Origin: Methanocellales archaeon
GTDB taxonomy: Archaea; Halobacteriota; JAWCLZ01
Length of the DNA stretch: 11,738 bases
Direction of reading: 5' to 3'
Assembly: GCA_038850285.1 (NCBI GenBank)
Contig: JAWCMA010000033.1
Coordinates: 1 to 11,738 of the forward strand
The position numbers and the translations under genes were made by a program. Below are positions 1 through 7,871 of the stretch, piece by piece. Under the pieces are notes generated by a model. That model was not told the DNA's origin and searched no databases. It was given only the letters and a program-made list of their open reading frames with translations. Numbering within the stretch: the stretch's first letter is position 1; the number at the start of each line of letters is the position of its first letter.

Positions 1-413
1 AAATAGCATCAATAGGAGCTTGAGCAATTACTCGATGCAGGTATTTTTCCACAGTTGAATTCCGCTTTATTGATTTCCATATTTTTAGTGCTACAATGCA
101 TTCATTATTCACTTCCTCAGCCCTTTTTGGAAAATGAGGGGGAGGGGAGATTATAGGAAAAACTTGAGTGGGATGCCTTCGCGAATTTCTTGAAAGATTT
201 TGCTTCAATTAAAAAGTATGCTCCAAGGGATATAGCGATATGGCAAGAGTGGCTTGTCTATGGAACAGCGCTTGGCGTAGGCAATGTAGTAGTAAAGGCC
301 ATGAAAGTGCTGAATATTTATACTCCCGAACTTCACGCAGTGGAAAAGCGGAATTTAGTGGAGGGGCTTTGGCGGGGGAGGGATTCGGCGGAGGAAGCGG
401 TGGAGCGAGGTAG
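1..413 (+). pseudogene. Decayed 3' portion of a DUF2207-family membrane protein gene, probably extending left of the window
   Basis: Frame 1 from 157 reads [54 protein letters not shown], matching the DUF2207 C-terminal W..F..FL / [11 protein letters not shown] pattern, but it is preceded by an in-frame TAG (154-156). The upstream segment FTSSALFGK* is in frame 3 with TGA at 135-137. The Gly-rich tail [10 protein letters not shown] is also in frame 3 (381-413). The 190..426 ORF is a fragment of this gene. Confidence 0.8.
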
Positions 414-466
414 GGTGACGAGGTGATATTCAGGGTAGTGAGAAGTTAGAGGAATTAGTGGCGAGA

Positions 467-814
467 TTACCAAGGTGCTTTTCCAGTTTCTTGAATTACT
501 CTATTGTATTCTAATGCAAGATGATATGCATCTTGGATCTGCCATCCCCAAATTATTAGATCAATTATACTGGAGGCATAAATAGTTGTGGCTATATGGC
601 GATAGCTTTCAGTGGTAAGACTTAATGCATATTGGAATCTAACAATTGCAAGTAAGAATATTATAATACCTATTATGAGTATTGCTATCCCCCTCGCTAT
701 TCTTCCAATGTATATATGTCCTATCCCCATTAATCCAATGATTCCTGGTATCATTGCTAGGGCAACCACAGTTGGTATATTTTTAGGCTTAGTAGCTGAT
801 TTTGTAATGGACAT
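467..814 (-). CDS. Small TM2-domain-like membrane protein (115 aa)
   Basis: KNIPTVVALAMIPGIIGLMGIGHIYIGRIARGIAILI fits the TM2-type G-x-G-H-x-Y-x-G pattern. It has about three hydrophobic segments, a W-Q-I-x-D-A-Y motif and a C-terminal ...ETGKAPW. Confidence 0.75.
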   Translation of the reverse strand: MSITKSATKPKNIPTVVALAMIPGIIGLMGIGHIYIGRIARGIAILIIGIIIFLLAIVRFQYALSLTTESYRHIATTIYASSIIDLIIWGWQIQDAYHLALEYNRVIQETGKAPW

Positions 815-817
815 AAA

Positions 818-1339
818 CTATAGCCCTACTTCGCTAAAAATGCAGCCGCAGTATTTCTGCATATATAAATTCAATTCCCTTGCTCTAGCTCTACTCTGCT
901 TCCAACCAATGCGGAAGTCTTCGTAGTAGAAATCGATTTCATATTCGCTAGCGAGTTTTTCGCAGATTTGCTTTATAAGCTCGTGTTTTTGCCAAGGGGA
1001 GGTTAATAATGTAGTGGTAAAAGCATCGAAATTCTTTTGCTTTGCCATTTTAGCGGTTTCTATGAAGCGAGTGGTATAGCAGTATTCACAGCGATTCTCG
1101 GCATTTAAAGCGCCCTTTAGATAAGTTTTAAGTGTAAGAGGATATTCATCTTTATATATCACCTCAAACTTTTGAATCTCGGCAAATTTTTTTACAAATT
1201 CAAGCCTAGTTTTATATTCCCTATATGGATGTATATTTGGGTTGTAGAAGAAGCCAACCACTTCATCTCCCTGAATTAATAGCTTTGGAATGGGATAGGT
1301 TGAGCATGGAGCGCAGCAGATGTGCACTAGGATTTTCAA
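818..1339 (-). CDS. queH: Epoxyqueuosine reductase QueH (DUF208) family Fe-S protein
   Basis: Motifs HICCAPC, FFYNPNIHP, RCEYCY, FTTTLLTSP and Y-x-QKYCGCIFS are the characteristic DUF208/QueH signatures. TTG start. Confidence 0.9.
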   Translation of the reverse strand: MKILVHICCAPCSTYPIPKLLIQGDEVVGFFYNPNIHPYREYKTRLEFVKKFAEIQKFEVIYKDEYPLTLKTYLKGALNAENRCEYCYTTRFIETAKMAKQKNFDAFTTTLLTSPWQKHELIKQICEKLASEYEIDFYYEDFRIGWKQSRARARELNLYMQKYCGCIFSEVGL

Positions 1340-1368
1340 GGTGGATCAAAAAATAGAATAAAGCTTAT

Positions 1369-1381
1369 TATATTTATTTTT
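1369..1381 (-). promoter_or_regulatory. Putative archaeal BRE/TATA promoter for queH, giving a short-leader or leaderless transcript
   Basis: The minus strand reads AAAAA-TAAATATA, with the TATA-like octamer at 1369-1376, 30-37 nt upstream of the TTG. No GGAGG-type site precedes the start. Confidence 0.45.
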
Positions 1382-1447
1382 GCTGCCCATTTCTATTTTC
1401 TTCTTAAGCGGAGAGAATGACCACTTTAATCCAAGTTGAAAAGAAAT

Positions 1448-3127
1448 TCAAAGCAGGACTGGCTGTTTATATTCCCCGAATACTTCTCTCAATACATCGC
1501 ACATCTCGCCAATGGTTGCATAGGCTTTAACTGCTTCAAGTATCACTGGCATTAGATTCACGTTATCCATAGCTGCGATTCGCAGTTTCTCTAGGCATTC
1601 TTTAACCTTTTTATTATCTCTCCTTTGCTTTAAAGCAGCGAGCCTTGCTTTTTGAAGTCTCTCTACCTCTGGATCTGGCCTTAAAATGGGTATCTTGATT
1701 TCCTCCTCAATTGTATATTTATTCACGCCCACTATTACTCTCTCTCCGCTGTCGATTTCCTTTTGATATTTATATGCACTTTCTAAGATCTCTCTTGCGA
1801 TATAGCCGCTTTCAATTGCAGCAAGTGCACCGCCCATTTGGTCTATCTTGTATATATACTCAAATGCCTGTTTCTCTATTTCATCAGTAAGCCACTCCAC
1901 GTAGTATGAGCCAGCTAGCGGGTCAACTGTATTGGTAACTCCTGTTTCATATGCTATGATCTGCTGCGTTCTAAGTGCAACCATAACGGCGTGCTCAGTT
2001 GGTAGACATAGTGCTTCATCATAGGAATTGGTATGCAAGGATTGCACTCCCCCGAGAACAGCTGCTAGGGCTTGGAATGCAGTTCTGATGATGTTATTTA
2101 AGGGCTGCTGGGCAGTTAAAGTATGCCCTGGAGTTTGAACATGGAATCTGAATTGCCAAGACCTAGGGTCCTTTGCTCCAAAGCGCTCTCGCATAATCTT
2201 TGCCCACATCCTGCGGACTGCGCGGAACTTGGCGACTTCTTCAAATATATCATTTCCTGAGCTCAAGAAGAAGCTAATTCTAGGAGCGAAATCATCTATT
2301 TTTAAGCCTCGCGCGAGTGCTGCTTGTACATAGGCTATGGCATTGGCAAGTGTGAAGGCAATTTCCTGCACAGCAGTTGCACCTGCCTCTCGGATGTGAT
2401 AGCCACTTATGCTGATGAAGTTCCACCTAGGCATGTGCTTGCAGCAGTATTCAATGATATCAGTAACAAGCCTCATACTCGGTTTAGGCGGGAAGATCTG
2501 GGTATTTCTAGCAATATATTCCTTCAGCATATCATTTTGAATCGTTCCATCTAGCTTTGAAATATCAGCTCCCTGTTTCTCAGCGACAGCTATATACATC
2601 GCGAGTACCATTGGAGCTGTGGAATTAATTGTCATGGAAGTGCTAACTTTGCTCAATGGAATACCATCGAAGAGTCGCTCCATATCCTCGAGGGAATCAA
2701 TTGCTACACCAGTTTTCCCAACTTCACCTTGCGCTAATGGATGATCTGAGTCATAGCCAAGTTGGGTTGGTAAATTGAAGGCCACGCTCAAGCCAGTTTG
2801 ACCCTGCTGGAGGAGATATTTATATCTCTTATTGGTGTCCTCGGCTGAGCCATAGCCTGCATATAGACGCATGGTCCAAATTCGACCTCTATGACCAGTG
2901 GGATGAATTCCACGGGTATAGGGATATTCGCCTGAAAAACCTAGGTCTCTGAAGTAATCTAGCTTCCCTATGTCAGCTGGTGTATAAAGTCTTTTAACAG
3001 GTATTCGCGAAAGCGTGGTAAATTCCTTCTTCAACTCTGGAGTTTTACTCAATACCTTCGCGACTTTTTCCCTCTCCCATTTTTCCTCTTCCAATTTAAT
3101 TTGCTTTATAACTTCTTCCTTAAACAT
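1448..3127 (-). CDS. mcmA: Adenosylcobalamin-dependent acyl-CoA mutase, large (substrate-binding TIM barrel) subunit, methylmalonyl-CoA mutase family
   Basis: Motifs [71 protein letters not shown] and [10 protein letters not shown]. There is no C-terminal B12 domain, so this is the split enzyme. Y89, R207, Y243 and H244 are present. Confidence 0.95.
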   Translation of the reverse strand: MFKEEVIKQIKLEEEKWEREKVAKVLSKTPELKKEFTTLSRIPVKRLYTPADIGKLDYFRDLGFSGEYPYTRGIHPTGHRGRIWTMRLYAGYGSAEDTNKRYKYLLQQGQTGLSVAFNLPTQLGYDSDHPLAQGEVGKTGVAIDSLEDMERLFDGIPLSKVSTSMTINSTAPMVLAMYIAVAEKQGADISKLDGTIQNDMLKEYIARNTQIFPPKPSMRLVTDIIEYCCKHMPRWNFISISGYHIREAGATAVQEIAFTLANAIAYVQAALARGLKIDDFAPRISFFLSSGNDIFEEVAKFRAVRRMWAKIMRERFGAKDPRSWQFRFHVQTPGHTLTAQQPLNNIIRTAFQALAAVLGGVQSLHTNSYDEALCLPTEHAVMVALRTQQIIAYETGVTNTVDPLAGSYYVEWLTDEIEKQAFEYIYKIDQMGGALAAIESGYIAREILESAYKYQKEIDSGERVIVGVNKYTIEEEIKIPILRPDPEVERLQKARLAALKQRRDNKKVKECLEKLRIAAMDNVNLMPVILEAVKAYATIGEMCDVLREVFGEYKQPVLL

Positions 3128-3128
3128 A

Positions 3129-4067
3129 TTAAACCTCCTTCAAGCTTTTAAGAAAAATTTTATTGGCTGCAATATGAGGAGCAATTTTCCTCTGCATTAC
3201 CATCTCAACGAGTTTTTCAATTTCCCCCTCATCGACTTTCTTAAATATATGATCACTCAGCTTTCTATATACATACTCCAGTATCTCAGATTTACACCTC
3301 TCCTTGCGGTTCTCCTCAAAGAGCTTGGTTTCTTTTAAATATTTCTCATGCTTTTCAACTGCATCTAGCAATTCAATTATTCCAGTATTTGTCTCTGCAC
3401 TGGTTTTAATCACAGGTGCCCTCCAACCTCTATTTTGATTTAACCTCAAAGTTGATTCAAGCTGAAGCATGGTTTTATCTGCGCCAGGTAAATCCGCTTT
3501 GTTCACCACTATTATATCAGCTATTTCAATTATCCCAGCCTTGATCGCTTGAATTTCATCTCCTAGTCCAGGTGCTAAAATAACTATCACTGTATCTGCA
3601 ACTCTAACTATGTCTACTTCAGCTTGACCCGCACCAACGGTTTCTATGAGTATGTAATCTTTACCTGAGGCATCTAAAATCTTAACTGCATCTATAGTTG
3701 CACGGGCGAGGCCGCCTAAGTGTCCTCTAGTTGCCATACTTCTTATAAAAACGCCTTCATCGGTGCATCTATCCTGCATTCTAATTCTATCTCCAAGGAA
3801 TGCTCCACCAGTAAAGGGACTGCTTGGGTCGATTGCAATTATGCCAACGGTCTTGCTTCTCTTTCGAAGTTCTTTTGCAATTTTATCTACAAGAGTACTC
3901 TTTCCAACTCCAGGCGGTCCAGTTATACCTATTATATAAGCTCTCCCAGTGTGAGGATATATCTTTGATAAAACTTCTTCTGCTTCAGGGGTAGAGTTTT
4001 CCACAATTGTTATTAACTTTGCACAGGCTTTTTTATCGCCTTTTAAAAGCTGTTCCACGAGTTCCAT
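3129..4067 (-). CDS. meaB: Mutase-associated G-protein chaperone MeaB/ArgK
   Basis: Walker [66 protein letters not shown] and NKAD. Its start overlaps the upstream stop (TAATG). Confidence 0.95.
   Translation of the reverse strand: MELVEQLLKGDKKACAKLITIVENSTPEAEEVLSKIYPHTGRAYIIGITGPPGVGKSTLVDKIAKELRKRSKTVGIIAIDPSSPFTGGAFLGDRIRMQDRCTDEGVFIRSMATRGHLGGLARATIDAVKILDASGKDYILIETVGAGQAEVDIVRVADTVIVILAPGLGDEIQAIKAGIIEIADIIVVNKADLPGADKTMLQLESTLRLNQNRGWRAPVIKTSAETNTGIIELLDAVEKHEKYLKETKLFEENRKERCKSEILEYVYRKLSDHIFKKVDEGEIEKLVEMVMQRKIAPHIAANKIFLKSLKEV
3133..3140 (-). promoter_or_regulatory. Shine-Dalgarno site for the mutase large subunit, embedded in the last codons of meaB
   Basis: The minus strand reads AAGGAGGT-T-TAA-T-ATG. 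Confidence 0.75.
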
Positions 4068-4471
4068 TAAATCCCTTTTTTCTTTTTCACATTATCTTTC
4101 ACAAATTGAACTGCAGTTGCGAGAGGTGTGCCTGGTCCAAAAATTTCCGCAATTCCAACTTGTTTCAGCGCTGCTACGTCCTCTTCTGGAATAATGCCTC
4201 CTCCAACTACAAGTATATCTTCTACTCCCTTTTCCTTCAGGAGTTCCATTATCCGCGGGAAAAGATGCATATGTGCACCTGATAATATGCTTAATCCAAT
4301 GGCATCAACGTCTTCTTGAATTGCAGTCTCGACGATCTGCTCAGGAGTTTGCCTCACACCTGTGTATATCACTTCAAATCCAGCGTCTCTGAAAGCACGA
4401 GCTATCACTTTAGCACCTCGATCGTGACCATCGAGCCCAGGTTTCGCAATTAAAATTCGGAGTTTTTCCAT
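4067..4471 (-). CDS. Acyl-CoA mutase small, cobalamin-binding subunit
   Basis: Base-off/His-on motif [12 protein letters not shown] (DxHxxG), plus [15 protein letters not shown] and IFGPGT; 134 aa. Confidence 0.95.
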   Translation of the reverse strand: MEKLRILIAKPGLDGHDRGAKVIARAFRDAGFEVIYTGVRQTPEQIVETAIQEDVDAIGLSILSGAHMHLFPRIMELLKEKGVEDILVVGGGIIPEEDVAALKQVGIAEIFGPGTPLATAVQFVKDNVKKKKGI

Positions 4472-4477
4472 TAGTTA

Positions 4478-4514
4478 CCCTCCTTCACAATATTTAATTT
4501 TCGCTGCATATAAA
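4478..4514 (-). promoter_or_regulatory. Putative TATA box and Shine-Dalgarno site of the mutase operon
   Basis: Minus-strand TTTATATG at 4507-4514 and GAAGGAGGG at 4478-4486, 6 nt before the ATG at 4471. Confidence 0.6.
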
Positions 4515-4604
4515 TTTAATGAAATTTTTAAAAAAATCGGGAACGTAAATGATTTGCAAATTAAAACTGAAAAATGTTAGAGTTTATCAATTTTTATTGT
4601 ATTT

Positions 4605-4784
4605 CTATTTAGCGCTTGGCCATATTGAAGCTGAAACAATAAATGATAGAATAAAGACAAAGAACATCCCGCATGCTATATCAACATTGGAATAAACATT
4701 TTTAATCACCGCGAGTAAATAAAATAACGCAGCAAGCGAGAGTGAAGTAGCAAGACTAGCAGCTAAGCTGTGAAATTTTTTCAT
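4605..4784 (-). CDS. Unannotated 59-aa two-helix membrane protein translationally coupled to copA
   Basis: My translation is MKKFHSLAASLATSLSLAALFYLLAVIKNVYSNVDIACGMFFVFILSFIVSASIWPSAK*. The ATG overlaps the copA stop (ATGA) and is preceded by GAGGGAG. It has two hydrophobic stretches and a basic N-terminus. It is absent from the ORF track, probably because of a length cutoff. Confidence 0.7.
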   Translation of the reverse strand: MKKFHSLAASLATSLSLAALFYLLAVIKNVYSNVDIACGMFFVFILSFIVSASIWPSAK

Positions 4785-7432
4785 ATCTCCCTCAATTTTT
4801 TCTTCTTCATCAGTAGGGCATTTAGCGTAACTGAGATAGAACTCATAGCCATCGCGAGGGCAGCTAGAGCAGGGTTTATCAGAAAAGGTGGATTGGTGAA
4901 TGGAAAAAGCACGCCAGCTGCAATTGGGATGCCAATGGTATTGTATATGAATGCCCAGAAGAGATTTTGCTTGATCTTACTCATGCTCAACTTGCTCAAC
5001 TTGATTGCGTATGCTACATCTCTAATGTCGTTTTTGATGAGAATGATTTGACCAGCTTCCATTGCAATATCAGTGCCACTCCCAAGGGCTATTCCAATAT
5101 CTGCTTGAGTTAAAGCTGGAGCATCATTGATGCCATCCCCAACCATAGCCACAACCCTTCCCTCCTCCTGAAGCTTTTTTATCTCTCTTGCTTTATCCTC
5201 AGGTAGTACTTCTGCGAGCACGTGATTTATACCAAGTTGAAGTGCTATAGCTCTAGCAGTGCGAGCATTATCACCAGTTATCATAGCTACTTCGAGTTTC
5301 ATTTTACGCAGCATTTCAATAGCTTCAGCTGAGCCCTCCTTTAAGGTATCAGCCACGCTTAAAACTCCAACTGCTTCCCCATCAAGAGCTAAAACCATTG
5401 CTGTTTTACCGCTTGCCTCGAACTCCTCCATCTTTTCATTCAAAATAGAGATATCAATAGCATTCTCAAGCATGAGTTTTCGCGTTCCAAGGAGTATTCT
5501 CTTGCCATTAAACTTTGCTTCAACTCCCCTCCCAGGAATAGCTTTGAATTCTTGAGCATCTGGGATTTCAATTCCCCTCTCCCTAGCTCCTCTCACGATT
5601 GCGATACCTATTGGATGCTCCGATCCTTTCTCAGCAATTGCAGCAAGCCTCAAAACCTCCTCCTCGCTCATTTTAATAGGAATTATATCGATAAGCGTTA
5701 GTTCTCCCTTTGTTAAAGTCCTGGTTTTATCGAACACAACTATATCTAGATTCTGAGCTCTCTCAAGGGCTTCTGCATTTTTAATTAAAATACCATTCTC
5801 CGCTCCCATTCCAGTGCCAATCATTATAGCAGTTGGAGTTGCAAGGCCAACTGCACATGGGCATGAGATAACAAGTACAGTTATAGAGATCAAAAGGGCA
5901 AATAGAAATGGAGTAGTAGATCCATATACCAATGGTACATTGAATTGCCAGAAGCCAACGAAAAACCAGAAGAAGAAAGCAATTAAGGCAAGCGCGTGGA
6001 CCGCGAGAATAAAACGCCCAGCAACTCTATCTGCTAGTTTTTGAATTGGCGCTTTAGAGGCTTGAGCCTCCTCTACTATTTTTATGATTTGAGCAAGCGC
6101 TGTATCACCACCAACTTTAGTTGCTCTAAATTTAATTAAACCTGTTTTATTAATCGTTCCACCAATCACCTCGCTCCCAGGACTTTTTTCTATAGGCATG
6201 CTTTCACCTGTGATCATTGATTCATCAACTGTAGAGCTACCCTCAATAATAATCCCATCAACAGGTAGCTTTTCACCAGGTTTAACCACAACTATATCCC
6301 CAACTTTTACTTCCTCAACAAGTACTTCTTTCTCCACGCCGTCTATTAAAATTCGAGCAGTTTTAGCCTTTAGTCCCATTAGTTTTCTAATAGCCTCAGA
6401 GGTCTTGCCCTTGGTAATTGCCTCGAGATATCGCCCTAGTACTATGAATGTAATTAATAGCGCGGCAGTATCATAATAAGTATGCTCATAGCCAGGGCCT
6501 AAATCAAGGAATGTAGCTGCCACGCTCACAGCATAAGCAGCTCCAGTTCCAGTGGCAATTAAAAGATTCATATCTGTAAATCCGTGCTTCAACCCTCGAT
6601 ATGCTCCCTCGAAAAACTGCCTTCCAGGTATGAGCATGATTATGGTGGTGAGTAAAAAGAGCACATAGTTATTTAATAGAAACTCAGGCATAAATGCAAG
6701 TCCAAATGCACTTGCCATGTCTCCTAGGGAGATTGGAATTGCAAGAGCAATGGAAATAATTAAATTAAATTTCTGTTTTTTAATCTCCCTCTCCCTCAAA
6801 ATTCTTTCTCTATCGATGTCCTTTTCAACAGCAACATATCCAGCCTCGCTGATCGCTTGCTTTATCCTAGCAATATCCACTTTACTTGGATCGAACTCCA
6901 GTTTAGCCTCCTCCAGAGGAAAGCTAACCCTCGCCTTTAAAACGCCATTGAGCTTGCTTAAAGCAGTCTCAATGTTTTGAGCGCATGCAGCGCAGTGCAT
7001 GCCTTTTATTTTAAGCTCTTCGCGTTTCACAACTCTAAATCCATATTGCTCAATGAACTTCTTCAACTCATTAGAGCTCAACTGCGAGGGTAGAAATTCG
7101 ATATTAACAGTTTGAGTGCCAAGATCGATATCAACGTGAATTACTCCAACTATGTTGCTCAAGCTCTGCTTCAATATCTCCATAGTATCTTTAGTGATAT
7201 TTACTTGAATTTGCAGCTTCTCGATTATTGGGCGATAGCCAAGTTCAACTATTGTTTTAACTAATCTTTCTGTATTCACCAAACTATCATCGAAAATTAT
7301 ATTTGCTTTCTCAGCTCCAAAGCTAACGCTAGCTTCTTTAACACCTTTCATATTCTTTAAAGCAGTCTCAATGTTTTGAGCGCATGCAGCGCAGTGCATG
7401 CCTTCGATGCTAATTGAAATTTGCTTAAACAC
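4781..7432 (-). CDS. copA: Cu(I)-translocating P1B-1 ATPase with three N-terminal HMA-like domains and an altered phosphorylation motif
   Basis: Two GMHCAAC metal-binding motifs, TGES, CPC in the membrane, SEHP, TGDN, GDGINDAPAL, and YN and MAMSS (P1B-1 signature). The phosphorylation motif reads DKTRT. GTG start preceded by GAGGT. Confidence 0.93.
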   Translation of the reverse strand: MFKQISISIEGMHCAACAQNIETALKNMKGVKEASVSFGAEKANIIFDDSLVNTERLVKTIVELGYRPIIEKLQIQVNITKDTMEILKQSLSNIVGVIHVDIDLGTQTVNIEFLPSQLSSNELKKFIEQYGFRVVKREELKIKGMHCAACAQNIETALSKLNGVLKARVSFPLEEAKLEFDPSKVDIARIKQAISEAGYVAVEKDIDRERILREREIKKQKFNLIISIALAIPISLGDMASAFGLAFMPEFLLNNYVLFLLTTIIMLIPGRQFFEGAYRGLKHGFTDMNLLIATGTGAAYAVSVAATFLDLGPGYEHTYYDTAALLITFIVLGRYLEAITKGKTSEAIRKLMGLKAKTARILIDGVEKEVLVEEVKVGDIVVVKPGEKLPVDGIIIEGSSTVDESMITGESMPIEKSPGSEVIGGTINKTGLIKFRATKVGGDTALAQIIKIVEEAQASKAPIQKLADRVAGRFILAVHALALIAFFFWFFVGFWQFNVPLVYGSTTPFLFALLISITVLVISCPCAVGLATPTAIMIGTGMGAENGILIKNAEALERAQNLDIVVFDKTRTLTKGELTLIDIIPIKMSEEEVLRLAAIAEKGSEHPIGIAIVRGARERGIEIPDAQEFKAIPGRGVEAKFNGKRILLGTRKLMLENAIDISILNEKMEEFEASGKTAMVLALDGEAVGVLSVADTLKEGSAEAIEMLRKMKLEVAMITGDNARTARAIALQLGINHVLAEVLPEDKAREIKKLQEEGRVVAMVGDGINDAPALTQADIGIALGSGTDIAMEAGQIILIKNDIRDVAYAIKLSKLSMSKIKQNLFWAFIYNTIGIPIAAGVLFPFTNPPFLINPALAALAMAMSSISVTLNALLMKKKKLREI
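6958..7005. repeat. 48-bp perfect direct repeat, copy in HMA domain 3 of copA
   Basis: ttaaagcagtctcaatgttttgagcgcatgcagcgcagtgcatgcctt is identical to 7357-7404 (offset 399 bp). Confidence 0.9.
7357..7404. repeat. 48-bp perfect direct repeat, copy in HMA domain 1 of copA
   Basis: Identical to 6958-7005; encodes GMHCAACAQNIETAL. Confidence 0.9.
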
Positions 7433-7444
7433 TTTTTAACCTCA

Positions 7445-7821
7445 ATTTTGCTTTTAGTCTTTACACCTTCACCTGCAATTATTTCACCGCAGTATGCGCA
7501 TTCTATAGTAGCGATCTTAAGGTCAAGAGCTTTATTTCCAGCTGCTACTTGCTTTAGAAAAAGCACTTTCCAAGCTTTAACTTTTTCTAGAGATGAACTT
7601 GAATACAGCCTCTTTTACCATGCTTTTGTCAAGTTCAACATAAGCAAAAGCTGTGCTTTCACAAAATTTAACTACTTTAAATCAAGTCAACTGTTCTTCC
7701 AATTCAAGATCTTTAAGCCTTTCGTGGTAACTCTAACTTGCTTTGCAATATTTCTAAAAGAAGCTCTACTATTTTCAATAAGGTTTCAATATCTTAAGCT
7801 AAATATCCAAGCTATTTCCAT
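7445..7821 (-). pseudogene. Pseudogenised Lrp/AsnC-HTH plus TRASH metal-responsive regulator (archaeal CopR/CopT-like)
   Basis: ATG at 7821, then LDI*LKILK (7810-7784, TAG at 7801-7799), a 1-nt shift, and LIENSRASFRNIAKQVRVTT (7782-7723), a recognisable AsnC/Lrp HTH start. Further down, IECAYCGEIIAGEGVKTK (7506-7453) is the first half of a TRASH domain. The Y-x-F-C-C-x-x-C half is missing and the sequence runs into the copA start. Confidence 0.8.
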
Positions 7822-7833
7822 AACTATGCTAAA

Positions 7834-7849
7834 GCGATAGACTTATCGC
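7834..7849. promoter_or_regulatory. Inverted repeat, candidate operator in the divergent intergenic region
   Basis: GCGATA-gact-TATCGC lies in the 50-bp gap between the regulator pseudogene ATG (7821) and the wHTH ATG (7872). Confidence 0.4.
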
Positions 7850-7871
7850 GCGTCAGTGTCATTTAGATTTG

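Noticed and set aside
190-426. 78-aa ORF as a standalone gene
   Set aside because: It is an internal fragment of the DUF2207 pseudogene, and its tail is read in the wrong frame.
612-926. Plus-strand ORF antisense to the TM2-like gene and queH
   Set aside because: Shadow ORF of well-supported minus-strand genes, with no motifs.
2324-4319. Plus-strand ORFs at 2324, 3015, 3720, 4007 and 4128
   Set aside because: Antisense shadows of the mutase operon, with no recognisable domains.
4472-4604. Cobalamin riboswitch or operator upstream of the mutase operon (palindromes ATTTGCAAAT at 4552-4561 and TTTTTAAAAA)
   Set aside because: The region is very AT-rich with no B12-box-like structure, and short palindromes are expected by chance.
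4770-6980. Plus-strand ORFs at 4770, 5259, 5814, 6198 and 6717
   Set aside because: Antisense shadows of copA, several with the Ser/Ile/Pro-rich composition typical of reverse frames.
7357-7840. ORFs 7357..7566 (-) and 7421..7840 (+) as genes
   Set aside because: The first is the truncated TRASH fragment running out of frame into copA. The second is antisense to the regulator pseudogene and has no domain signal.
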